From positions 32,001 to 96,000 of the forward strand of contig OZ241877.1 in the NCBI GenBank assembly GCA_965203095.1: 64,000 nucleotides of DNA, in the 5' to 3' direction. This stretch comes from Bdellovibrionales bacterium. Its GTDB lineage: Bacteria > Bdellovibrionota > Bdellovibrionia > Bdellovibrionales > UBA1609. The position numbers and the translations under genes were made by a program. Each line of letters starts with the position of its first letter. Position 1 is the first letter of the stretch. Shown here one piece after another: positions 39,268 to 48,884 of this stretch. The notes beneath the pieces were generated by a model. That model was not told where the DNA came from. It saw only the letters and a list, made by a program, of their open reading frames with translations, and did no database searches.

Positions 39268-41010
39268 ATGAAATATATTGTTTTGTTTGCTTTGTTTATT
39301 TTGATCTCATGTAAAGATCACTTCACCCCCACCTTTTCTGAAAAATTAGATGAACCTCAAATTTACCTCAGTCAAGATCGAGAATCTGTGGGCTTAAAAG
39401 ATCTCAACAGGGATGAATCCCAGTTTTTACTGCTGTCGGACAAAATCATTTTCCCTAAGAAAACCAATGTAAAAAAACCGGATCCGCTCAGCTCATGGAA
39501 AACTCTCGATAGCTTGAAACCGGAAGATATTAAAATCAAAATATCCTCTTTTTGCTCCTGGACAAAGCAAGAAACAAACTCTGAGGAAAGGCTTGTTCGG
39601 GAAATGGCCAGCTCATCTTACCATAGATCCTTTTCTGTTTTAGAGCTTGTGCCAAAAAAAGTTTTGCTTTCCTCTCCACAAAAAACTTTTTATTGCAGTT
39701 TTATTTTTGCTTTTAAAAATGAGTCCGGGCTTTTTGACCATTACAGTATAAACCAACAAAGCATTCATCCTTTGTTTGCTGTTTTTGAAGATTCACCTCG
39801 GCCCCATCAAGAACTCTCTTTAATCAGGGAAACGGCTGAAGGCTACCTTCCCATTCAAAACAAAGTGATAAAAAAAGAAGATCTTTCTAAAATCACACTC
39901 TTTGACAGATCAGAGCAGTCGGTTAAAAATTACCTGTTATTTTGTGAAGGTTTAAAAGCACTCAATATTCCCGGAAATCCCACTGGCCTATCCCCTGCTT
40001 TTGTCCATCTGAGTCAAGCCCATCTAAAAGATGCTCCTCAAGGGCTGAGCCTTTGCCGATTCTTTTCTGAAGATAAAAATGGAAAAACTCTGGGAATAAG
40101 CTCTCCTTTTCAAATAGATTTTGCCAGTTTGCAAGAAGAAGAACAAACTCCTTTAGATCTGGAGGCCCTCTCGGCACCAAAGTTAATATCTCCCGACTAT
40201 TCTAAAATCCTATCTGGTCGTGATCCGGCCCCTTTAAACAGCTGGTTTCAATTTCAAGGGCTTGAGCCTTTTTTAGGAAAAAGCGACTCATCCATAGATA
40301 TCGAAGTGACCACATATTGTTCTAACAGAAAAAATCTTGGCCGGGGCCAAGTGGTTGTGGAAAGCTATCGCTTTCCCTTCCAAACCCAATTTCCCCTAAT
40401 GGCTGTCACCCCCAAACCACTTTTTCTTTTAGATACTGTGAGCACAAAACGATGGGAAGGTAAAAAAGAGAGATTTCGGGAGAGGGGGACATTTTCCATG
40501 CCTCGCCGGCAACATCGTGCAGACAAAGCCACCTGCCTATATGAAATCCAGTTAAAAAGCCCGGAAAAACCTAAAGTCTCAAAAAAGTTTCCTGTCCGTC
40601 ATCAAGATATTATATTCAGCAATGGATCTTATGGGATAGATTATAATCCCTTAAGCCAATACCCCTTTATCAACCCTGTATCTCCAAATAGAAGCAGAAG
40701 TAAATATTTTTTAAGCCTTAGAGATTTGGATCAGGCGGGGCATTTTCATTTTGTTTTTGAAAGCCCCTCTTTAGCCAATCATACAGTTATAGAATGCCAC
40801 GGTGGAAAAGACTCTAAAAAAACAGATCAATATATAAAAATCTCCCTGGATCTGAGTTCAGTGGGGCGGATCATGTCTGCAAAGGCACTGTTCCTTAATC
40901 CAGAATTAAAAGAATATATAGACAGGAAAACCATGGCCGCATGTCGTCTTTTTATTTATAAAAATAATATTATTCAAAGTTTTTCCGGTGAGATGAAAAT
41001 CATGAAATAA
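39268..41010 (+). CDS. Large hypothetical lipoprotein
   Basis: MKYIVLFALFILISC lipobox; long uninterrupted ORF. Confidence 0.7.
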   Translation: MKYIVLFALFILISCKDHFTPTFSEKLDEPQIYLSQDRESVGLKDLNRDESQFLLLSDKIIFPKKTNVKKPDPLSSWKTLDSLKPEDIKIKISSFCSWTKQETNSEERLVREMASSSYHRSFSVLELVPKKVLLSSPQKTFYCSFIFAFKNESGLFDHYSINQQSIHPLFAVFEDSPRPHQELSLIRETAEGYLPIQNKVIKKEDLSKITLFDRSEQSVKNYLLFCEGLKALNIPGNPTGLSPAFVHLSQAHLKDAPQGLSLCRFFSEDKNGKTLGISSPFQIDFASLQEEEQTPLDLEALSAPKLISPDYSKILSGRDPAPLNSWFQFQGLEPFLGKSDSSIDIEVTTYCSNRKNLGRGQVVVESYRFPFQTQFPLMAVTPKPLFLLDTVSTKRWEGKKERFRERGTFSMPRRQHRADKATCLYEIQLKSPEKPKVSKKFPVRHQDIIFSNGSYGIDYNPLSQYPFINPVSPNRSRSKYFLSLRDLDQAGHFHFVFESPSLANHTVIECHGGKDSKKTDQYIKISLDLSSVGRIMSAKALFLNPELKEYIDRKTMAACRLFIYKNNIIQSFSGEMKIMK

Positions 41011-41023
41011 ATTCATAAGTGTT

Positions 41024-41097
41024 TATACCGATTCTGTTTGAAAATTCCTGCTTTTTCTATCCTGTTTTGAACGGAAATCTCAAATGTAACCAGTATA
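41024..41097 (+). mobile_element. Family-B 74-bp element (copy 2), left flank of the defence cassette
   Basis: TATACCGAT...AACCAGTATA; body nearly identical to 29776..29849. Confidence 0.8.
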
Positions 41098-41212
41098 AGA
41101 GTTCTTTTTATCAAGAAAAACTTGACAAGCTACCATATTTAAAGACAAAGTATTTGATACGATTTAAGTCACTATGAACCTTTATAAAGTTCTGTGGTAG
41201 CCTTAGAAAAAT

Positions 41213-43732
41213 ATGCCCATAAAAAAAGAAGCTATAGCCAGAATAAAAATCAATAAACTGCTGGAAAAAGCAGGTTGGCGGTTTTTTGAAAGCCCTCAGG
41301 GCTTAGCCAATATTCAGTTAGAACCCAACATCAAAATTCGTCCCAAAGACATTTCAGCCATAGGCGACAACTTTGAAAAAACCAAAAGGGGCATGCTGGA
41401 CTACCTGCTTTTAGATGGCAAAGGCTTTCCCCTTGTCGTGTTGGAAGCCAAAAGGGAGGAAAAAGACCCCTTGGACGGCAAAGAGCAAGCCAGAAAATAT
41501 GCCTATAGCTTAAATGTCCGGTTTGTCATTTTATCTAACGGAAATTTACATTATTTTTGGGATCTGGAAATAGGCCATCCTGAAATTATTATAGACTTTC
41601 CTACCCAGGAATCCTTACAGCAAAGACTTCATTTTAAGCCCAACAAGCAAAAACTTTATAAAGAGCTTATAGATGAGGACTATATTGCCTCTTCACAAAA
41701 GCCAGAAATTTTAAGAGATCCGGATTGGGCGAAAAAAAAGCTGGCACTGGCAAGACAATACAATATCCCTATTTTGCGACCCTATCAGTTAAAAGCCATT
41801 AGGCTTTTACAAAAATCAGCTCAAGAGGGCAATAAGCGTTTTCTTTTTGAAATGGCTACAGGGACGGGTAAAACCCTGCTTTCCTCAGCTGTGATCAAGC
41901 TTTTTCTCAGGACGGGAAATGCAAAAAGAGTTTTATTTCTTGTAGATAGGCTGGAGCTTGAAGATCAAGCTTTTAAAAACTTCAAGAATTATCTCAAAAA
42001 TGACTATCAATCGGTTATTTATAAAGAGAGTAAGGAGGATTGGAGGAGAGCAGAGATAGTTATTTCTACTGTGCAAAGCTTAATGGCAGGAGATAAATAC
42101 ATTCAGCTTTTTTCCCCTACAGACTTTGATCTTTTAATTTCAGATGAAGCTCATCGCTCTATTGGGGGCAAAAGCCGAGCCATTTTTGAGTATTTTATTG
42201 GGTTCAAGATAGGTCTGACAGCCACACCAAAAGATTTTTTAAAGAATATAAATGCTCTAAAACTATCCGAAAAAGATCAAAGAAGTTGGGAGCGAAGATT
42301 GCTTTTAGACACTTACACCACTTTTGGTTGTGAAAGTGGGGAGCCTACCTTTAAATACAGTTTAATAGACGGAGTTCGTGAAGGCTACTTGATTGATCCT
42401 CTCGTAGTAGACGCCCGGACAGATATTACAACGGAGCTTTTGTCAAAACAGGGCTACAGCCTAAAAATGGAAACTGAAGAGGGCTTAGAGGAAGAGCATA
42501 TTTTTTTTAAAAAAGATTTTGAAAGAAAATTCTTCTCTGAAAAAACAAATCTTATTTTTTGCAAGAGTTTTTTGGAAAATGCTCTAAAAGATCCTATCAC
42601 TAAGGAAATGGGAAAAAGTATTGTTTTTTGTGTAAGCCAAAAACATGCGAGAAAAATCACTCAAATTTTAAATCGGCTGGCTGATAAGATCTGGCCCGGC
42701 AAATACAATTCTGATTTTGCGATTCAAATTACTTCTAACATTGAGGGCACTCAGGGCTACACAGTTAATTTTGCCAACAACAAACTGAATGGCTATAGCC
42801 GATTTAAAGAGGGCTATAAAACCAGCAAAACCAGAGTTTGCGTCACAGTTCGTATGATGACTACAGGTTATGATTGCGAGGATATTTTAAACCTTTGTTT
42901 AATGAGGCCGGTATTCTCCCCCACAGACTTTGTTCAGATGAAAGGCCGGGGAACCAGAAAATTTACATTCCAATACAAAAACGAAAACGGAAGAGAACAC
43001 AAAATAGAAAAAGAAAAGTTTAAACTTTTTGATTTTTTTGCAGTCTATGAGTTTTTTGAAAAAGAGTTCAATTATGACATAGCCTTAAAACTGCCTTTAG
43101 GCCAATCAAAGATTTTAGATAGTGAGAGAGTTGCTCCTATCATGGATAAAGCGGAAATATATGACCCCGATAGTTTAAAAAGCCTCTCTGAAACAAAAGT
43201 TGGAATTGAGGGCATGAGAGTTGATCGGGAACTATGGGGCCAGGCACAAGATAAAATCTCAAAAGACCAGGATTTGGCAGAAGCCGTTCAAAAAGAAATG
43301 TGGCAAAAAGCAGAAAGCATTGTAAGAGAGAGATATGAAGACAAACCAGAGCTTTATTTGAATTTGCAAAAAATCCGTAAAGCAGAAAATTTAGACCGGC
43401 GGATCACTTGGAAAGAGGTCTTACTGAGGGTATTTGGTATTATTGACTCCTTCCCTAACAGAGAGGAGCTGATTGAGGAGGAATGTAATAAATTCATAGC
43501 CATTTTTAAACCAGAAAATAAATATATCCATCACATTAAAAATTATATTTGGTCTTACATTACAGACGCAAAGTTTAGAGAAATTATTGACACCAAGGCT
43601 TATGCTCTATTAAATGTCAACCCAGGTTTTGATTTTCAGGATTTTAAGGCTTTAAACGGCAAAACAGGCTTACAAACAAAAATTCCTGAATATATAAAAA
43701 ACTATGTTAACTTAAACCTCTTTATGGATTAA
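41213..43732 (+). CDS. hsdR: Type I restriction enzyme R subunit (EcoEI-like)
   Basis: DYLL...VVLEAK nuclease, LRPYQ, MATGTGKT, DEAH, GLTATP, MTTGYD, QMKGRGTR. Confidence 0.92.
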   Translation: MPIKKEAIARIKINKLLEKAGWRFFESPQGLANIQLEPNIKIRPKDISAIGDNFEKTKRGMLDYLLLDGKGFPLVVLEAKREEKDPLDGKEQARKYAYSLNVRFVILSNGNLHYFWDLEIGHPEIIIDFPTQESLQQRLHFKPNKQKLYKELIDEDYIASSQKPEILRDPDWAKKKLALARQYNIPILRPYQLKAIRLLQKSAQEGNKRFLFEMATGTGKTLLSSAVIKLFLRTGNAKRVLFLVDRLELEDQAFKNFKNYLKNDYQSVIYKESKEDWRRAEIVISTVQSLMAGDKYIQLFSPTDFDLLISDEAHRSIGGKSRAIFEYFIGFKIGLTATPKDFLKNINALKLSEKDQRSWERRLLLDTYTTFGCESGEPTFKYSLIDGVREGYLIDPLVVDARTDITTELLSKQGYSLKMETEEGLEEEHIFFKKDFERKFFSEKTNLIFCKSFLENALKDPITKEMGKSIVFCVSQKHARKITQILNRLADKIWPGKYNSDFAIQITSNIEGTQGYTVNFANNKLNGYSRFKEGYKTSKTRVCVTVRMMTTGYDCEDILNLCLMRPVFSPTDFVQMKGRGTRKFTFQYKNENGREHKIEKEKFKLFDFFAVYEFFEKEFNYDIALKLPLGQSKILDSERVAPIMDKAEIYDPDSLKSLSETKVGIEGMRVDRELWGQAQDKISKDQDLAEAVQKEMWQKAESIVRERYEDKPELYLNLQKIRKAENLDRRITWKEVLLRVFGIIDSFPNREELIEEECNKFIAIFKPENKYIHHIKNYIWSYITDAKFREIIDTKAYALLNVNPGFDFQDFKALNGKTGLQTKIPEYIKNYVNLNLFMD

Positions 43733-43757
43733 ACCACACAAACAAAAAGGAAAAATA

Positions 43758-46436
43758 ATGTTAGATCAAGAAACCAAAAGAAAAATTGATTCAGTTAGGG
43801 ACATTCTTGTTGGAAAAATCCCTGACCCCACCCAGCAAGTAGATCAAATTACAACAGCTCTTATCTATAAGTTTATGGATGATATGGATCAGATTTCCAT
43901 TGGAGCAGGGGGATCCGCTCAGTTTTTTAAAGGCCGGTTAAAGAATTTCAGCTGGCCTAAAATTATGGATCGAAAACTCTCTGGTCAAGAGCGATTAGAC
44001 CTCTACATTCAAGCCTTAAACCAACTCCCACAAAGCCAAAACTTGCCCCCTCTTTTTCGTGAGATTTTTAAAAACGCACTCCTGCCTTATAGAGATGCTG
44101 AAACTTTAAATCTTTTTTTAAAAGAGATAAACAACTTCTCTTACGATCACAGTGAAAATTTAGGCAATGCCTTTGAATATTTGCTTTCTATATTAAGCAG
44201 TCAAGGCGATGCGGGGCAATTTAGGACTCCCAGACATATTATTGATTTTATGGTAGAAATTGTAGATCCTAAAAAAAGAGAGAACATTTTAGATCCTGCT
44301 TGTGGGACTGCCGGTTTTTTAATTTCTTCCTACAAACATATTATAAAAAACAATTCAAAAAATTACAATCCGGAAAAAGACAAGCATAGCTTTGGAAACC
44401 TGTCTTTTAAAGATCAAAATAAATCTAAAAACAAAATTGAGAATGGCACTGATAGCTCTATGGAAAATGCCTCTGCTGTGCAAATCCAAAGCAATGGGCA
44501 ATACAAAGGCGAAAAACTAAAAGCTGGGGAGGAAAAGCTTTTACAAAAAAACATTGTGGGCTACGATATATCTCCTAAAATGGTCAAGCTTTCCCTTGTG
44601 AATATGTATTTGCATCGGTTTAATGATCCCAAAATTTATGAGTATGATAGTTTAACCAGTGAAGATCGATGGGGAGATGAGTTTGATGTGATTTTAGCTA
44701 ATCCTCCCTTTATGAGCCCGAAAGGGGGGATCCGCCCTCATAAAAAATTTTCGGTCCAGGCCAATCGCTCAGAGGTTCTTTTTGTAGATTACATAGCAGA
44801 GCATTTAAGGCTTAATGGCCGGGCCGGCATTATTGTCCCGGAAGGAATCATCTTTAAAGGTGATAAAGCTTACAAGGAACTTAGGAAAATCCTGTTGGAA
44901 GATCGATTCCTTTGGGCGGTTTTGAGTCTTCCTTCTAAAATTTTTGAGCCTTACTCTGGAGTGAAAACCAGCATTTTGTTTTTAGACCGGAAAAGAGCCA
45001 AAATAACAGATGAGATTTTGTTTATAAATATTCAAAACGATGGTTTTGATTTGGGAGCCACTCGCCGAAAGATTGATGAAAATGACTTGCCAAAGGCTTT
45101 TCAAATTTTAAAAGCTTGGAGGGAAGGGAAAAAACAAACCAGCCCCTTAGCTCATTGGATTCATAGAGAAAAAATCAGAACCTCTGGCGATTATAATTTT
45201 ACCGCCAATCGATATAAAGAAATCCAGCAAAAACCTACAAAATACCCTCTCATAGAACTTGGAGAGGTTTTAGACTATGAACAACCAACAAAATATGTTG
45301 TTCAATCCACCCATTATAAAGATGAATATGAAACCCCTGTTTTGACTGCTGGAAAAAGCTTTTTATTGGGTCGGACAAATGAAAAACAAGGAATCTTTCC
45401 AAAAGAAAAGCTACCAGTAATAATTTTTGATGATTTCACAACAGCAACAAAGTTTGTGGATTTTCCTTTTAAAGTCAAATCCTCAGCAATGAAAATTTTG
45501 CATTTATCCAGCATTTGTCATTCTCATAATATCCCTTATTCTCACAATCTGCATCCTTCCCACAATCTGCATCCTTCCCACAAAGACCGTCATTCCCGCG
45601 AAAGCGGGAATCCAGAAAATATAATAAAAAAAGATAAAATCACTTATATAAAATTTATTTTCTATATGATGCAAAATATTAAATTTAACGCTAAAACACA
45701 TAAACGGTATTGGATTTCTCAATACTCAAAAATCAAAATCCCACTCCCTCCCCTGGAAGCCCAAAAGGAAATCGTAACGGAGATTGAAGGCTATCAAAAA
45801 ATCATTAAAGGAGCAAAACAGGTTGTCGCAAATTGGAAACCCACCATTCCAATCGATCCCTCTTGGCCTCTTGTAGAGCTTGGGGAGATTGCTGAAATAA
45901 ACTCTGGCAATTCAGCTCCTCAAGATAAAAGCCTTTTTAAAAATGGAAAATATCCTTTTTGCAGAACTGGCGATGTTGGTAAAATTCACATATCAGATAA
46001 TTTTAAAGAAATTAATGATCGCTTAAATGATAAGGGAATTAAGGGTCTAAGACTATTTAAAAAAGACACAATTTTGTTTCCAAAAAGTGGAGCTTCAACT
46101 TTTTTAAATCATCGTGTTTTATTGAAAGTAGATAGTTATGTTTCAAGCCACTTAGCAACCATTTATGCAAACAAAGAAAAGATGATTTCTAAATTCTTAT
46201 TTACTTTGCTGTGTTTTGTTGATGCAAAGAGCTTAACAAATGAGCAAAACTATCCTTCTTTGAGACTGTCAGAAATAAAGAGCATAAAAATTCCCCTGCC
46301 TCCTCTTAAAACTCAGAAAGCGATTGTGGAAAAGATTGAAGAAGAGCAAGCTCATGTTGAATCTTGTAAAAAAATGATTAAACTCTATGAGCAAAAAATC
46401 CAACAAAAAATCTCTGAAGTATTTAAGGAAAAATAA
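43758..46436 (+). CDS. Fused type I methyltransferase-specificity subunit (HsdM-HsdS, two TRDs)
   Basis: GQFRTPRHI, DPACGTAGFL, NPPF, then two TRD/conserved-region units ending IPLPPLEAQ and IPLPPLKTQ. Confidence 0.92.
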   Translation: MLDQETKRKIDSVRDILVGKIPDPTQQVDQITTALIYKFMDDMDQISIGAGGSAQFFKGRLKNFSWPKIMDRKLSGQERLDLYIQALNQLPQSQNLPPLFREIFKNALLPYRDAETLNLFLKEINNFSYDHSENLGNAFEYLLSILSSQGDAGQFRTPRHIIDFMVEIVDPKKRENILDPACGTAGFLISSYKHIIKNNSKNYNPEKDKHSFGNLSFKDQNKSKNKIENGTDSSMENASAVQIQSNGQYKGEKLKAGEEKLLQKNIVGYDISPKMVKLSLVNMYLHRFNDPKIYEYDSLTSEDRWGDEFDVILANPPFMSPKGGIRPHKKFSVQANRSEVLFVDYIAEHLRLNGRAGIIVPEGIIFKGDKAYKELRKILLEDRFLWAVLSLPSKIFEPYSGVKTSILFLDRKRAKITDEILFINIQNDGFDLGATRRKIDENDLPKAFQILKAWREGKKQTSPLAHWIHREKIRTSGDYNFTANRYKEIQQKPTKYPLIELGEVLDYEQPTKYVVQSTHYKDEYETPVLTAGKSFLLGRTNEKQGIFPKEKLPVIIFDDFTTATKFVDFPFKVKSSAMKILHLSSICHSHNIPYSHNLHPSHNLHPSHKDRHSRESGNPENIIKKDKITYIKFIFYMMQNIKFNAKTHKRYWISQYSKIKIPLPPLEAQKEIVTEIEGYQKIIKGAKQVVANWKPTIPIDPSWPLVELGEIAEINSGNSAPQDKSLFKNGKYPFCRTGDVGKIHISDNFKEINDRLNDKGIKGLRLFKKDTILFPKSGASTFLNHRVLLKVDSYVSSHLATIYANKEKMISKFLFTLLCFVDAKSLTNEQNYPSLRLSEIKSIKIPLPPLKTQKAIVEKIEEEQAHVESCKKMIKLYEQKIQQKISEVFKEK
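45517..45615 (+). repeat. In-frame 18-bp tandem repeats plus dRS3-like palindrome inside hsdMS
   Basis: CACAATCTGCATCCTTCC twice with degenerate flanking units, then GTCATTCCCGCGAAAGCGGGAATCCAG (ATTCCC-N8-GGGAAT) encoding RHSRESGNP. Confidence 0.85.
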
Positions 46437-46446
46437 AGGTGTCAAT

Positions 46447-48813
46447 ATGAAAATAGGCAGAATTAAAGAAATAAAAGACATAGGAGCTTTTGCAAACTTT
46501 AAAAACGGAGGTTCTCTCAGCTTTGAAAAACTAACATTTATTTATGGCTTGAACACTTATGGAAAAACCACTTTAGCAGATATTTTTCAATCTTTAAAAC
46601 AAAAGGATCCGCAATTAATTAAAAATCGAAAAACCATTCCGTATCAATTGGAATCACAAAAAGTCATTTTAACAGAGAAAGATCAAAAAGAAAATGATAT
46701 TATATTTCAAGACAATCAGTGGCAGGAAAATAGCTTAAGCTCTCATCTTGAAGTATTTGGTTCTGACTTTGTTTATAAAAATCTTTTTACTGGACTTAAT
46801 ATTGAAAGGAAGAATAAAAAAAATTTTACCCAGTTTATCCTTGGAGAGCAGGGAGTCAAAATCACTAAAGAAATTGAGAGTAAAAAACAAGAATCTCAAG
46901 AAAAGAAAAAAAATCTAAAGACAACAACTCCTCTTTTTGTAAAAGGCAAAGAGGATGATGTTATTGAGCAATTTTTAAAGTTTTCTATAGAAGGATTAAA
47001 CCTGCAAAAAGTCAGAGAAGAGCTAATTCAAAAAATCTCAGAATGGGAAAAAGAGAAAAAGCGAATTGAAAAACCACAAAAAATTTTAGGAATGGAAGAA
47101 CCAGATCAATATACAACTCCCAAAATAAATATTATTGGTTTAATGGACTCCATAAATGAGATTTTTCAAAAAGATTACTCTGAAATAAAAGATGAAATTT
47201 TAAAAAAACTAAACCAACACCTTGAAGAGCATTTTCCCAAACAGAATGGAGCTGAAAACTGGATAAAAGAAGGCTTAGATTATTGCAAGAATAAAACCAA
47301 CTGTCCCTTTTGTGGCCAGCCATTAACCACAGCTCAAGATTTGATCGAAAATTACCATTCTTATTTTGATCAAGCTTATACAAGCTTTATTCAAGAGATC
47401 GAAAATGCTTTATCAAAAAACTGCAATAAGATTGAAAATTCTTATTTTTCAGAAAAATCAAAAATCCAAACAGTTTTAACAAAAGCCAATAAATTTAAAG
47501 TTAAAGATCTTATAACTGATAATGAATTTCAACAGCAACTTGATGAATTAGAGGAACTGATAAATAAATTAGATGAGGATAGATTAAATGATGAAAAAAA
47601 CTCAGTTTTTGAAAAAATAAAAACAAATTGTGATATTAAAAATAAGAAACCTTATAAAAAAATAGAAGCTCTTGATTGTTCTGAATTTAAAAAGCATGTG
47701 AAACTTTATATGCAATCCCTTTTTGAATCTGAACAGAAGATCAAAAAAATCAAAATCCATATAGATAAATTTAAAGAGCTATATCGTGACACTCATAAGA
47801 TAAAAGAGAAAATCAATCATCTGGAAAAAGAAGTTAAAGAGTTAGAATATAAAAAAGCTCGCATAGAGCAAAATGAAGATTGTCTAAAATATATTGATCT
47901 TGAAGATAAAATTGAAAAACTTGATCAAAATGTTAATGAGCTGAGAAAAAAATTAGAAAAAGAACAGTCAGAATATCTTGAAAAATATTTTTTTAAGATA
48001 AATGAATTATTTAAAAATTTTGGAAGTAAAGATTTTACTCTTGAAAAAAAGATAGATAAAAGAGGAAATATGACAGTCTGTTCCCTAAAAGTAAAATTTC
48101 GTAAAGAGGAAATACAAAATGAACAATTAAAAAACACTTTTAGTGATTCTGATAGAAGAGCTTTAGCTCTATCTGTATTTTTATCAAAAATAAAATTAAA
48201 AGAAGATTTTGAAAAACAAAAATTAACTGTAATTTTAGACGATCCTATTACGAGTTTTGACGATATTCGGATCACCAGTAGCATTAACCTTTTTAGAAAC
48301 ATATTAGGCAAAATAGATCAGATGATCATATTGACACATTACCCACAATTTATAAAAAGGTTTTGTGAAATCACTCATTCTGAATCCATAAAAATTCTAC
48401 AAATAAAACAAGATACTGTCACCAGTTTTTTAGAGCAAACAAATAAAGACTTTTTCCTTCAAAATGAATATCAGAAAGCTTTTGAAAAAATTTATGGTTT
48501 TATCAATAAAAACCATTCAAAGGATATAAAAACCAACTTACGGCCTTTTTTTGAGAATCATTTAAAGATGATTTTTGCTAAAAAAATAAAAGATGAAAAT
48601 ATAAATTGCAATGATTTGAAATCAATGATTGATGGAATTTTTAAAGACAATAAAGAGGTAAAAAACAAAATGAATGGGTTTAGGGAAACATTAAACCCAG
48701 CCTCTCATATTATAACTTCTGATAATGAAGAGAATATTCGAAACTTTGCCAGAGAGCTAATGGATCATTTATACTCTATAAAATTATATGATAATTTAAG
48801 CGGGAACTTATGA
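46447..48813 (+). CDS. RloC-like ABC/SMC-type ATPase with zinc hook and C-terminal HEPN-like nuclease
   Basis: Walker A YGLNTYGKTT, CPFC hook between coiled coils, FSDSDRRAL signature, LDDPITSFD, ILTH, terminal RETLNPASH; visibly AT-rich. Confidence 0.8.
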   Translation: MKIGRIKEIKDIGAFANFKNGGSLSFEKLTFIYGLNTYGKTTLADIFQSLKQKDPQLIKNRKTIPYQLESQKVILTEKDQKENDIIFQDNQWQENSLSSHLEVFGSDFVYKNLFTGLNIERKNKKNFTQFILGEQGVKITKEIESKKQESQEKKKNLKTTTPLFVKGKEDDVIEQFLKFSIEGLNLQKVREELIQKISEWEKEKKRIEKPQKILGMEEPDQYTTPKINIIGLMDSINEIFQKDYSEIKDEILKKLNQHLEEHFPKQNGAENWIKEGLDYCKNKTNCPFCGQPLTTAQDLIENYHSYFDQAYTSFIQEIENALSKNCNKIENSYFSEKSKIQTVLTKANKFKVKDLITDNEFQQQLDELEELINKLDEDRLNDEKNSVFEKIKTNCDIKNKKPYKKIEALDCSEFKKHVKLYMQSLFESEQKIKKIKIHIDKFKELYRDTHKIKEKINHLEKEVKELEYKKARIEQNEDCLKYIDLEDKIEKLDQNVNELRKKLEKEQSEYLEKYFFKINELFKNFGSKDFTLEKKIDKRGNMTVCSLKVKFRKEEIQNEQLKNTFSDSDRRALALSVFLSKIKLKEDFEKQKLTVILDDPITSFDDIRITSSINLFRNILGKIDQMIILTHYPQFIKRFCEITHSESIKILQIKQDTVTSFLEQTNKDFFLQNEYQKAFEKIYGFINKNHSKDIKTNLRPFFENHLKMIFAKKIKDENINCNDLKSMIDGIFKDNKEVKNKMNGFRETLNPASHIITSDNEENIRNFARELMDHLYSIKLYDNLSGNL

Positions 48814-48884
48814 AATATACCAAAATAGAATGGATAAATATGCATGAAATTCTGTGATAGTTCTACCCAATAAAAGGAGGGTTT

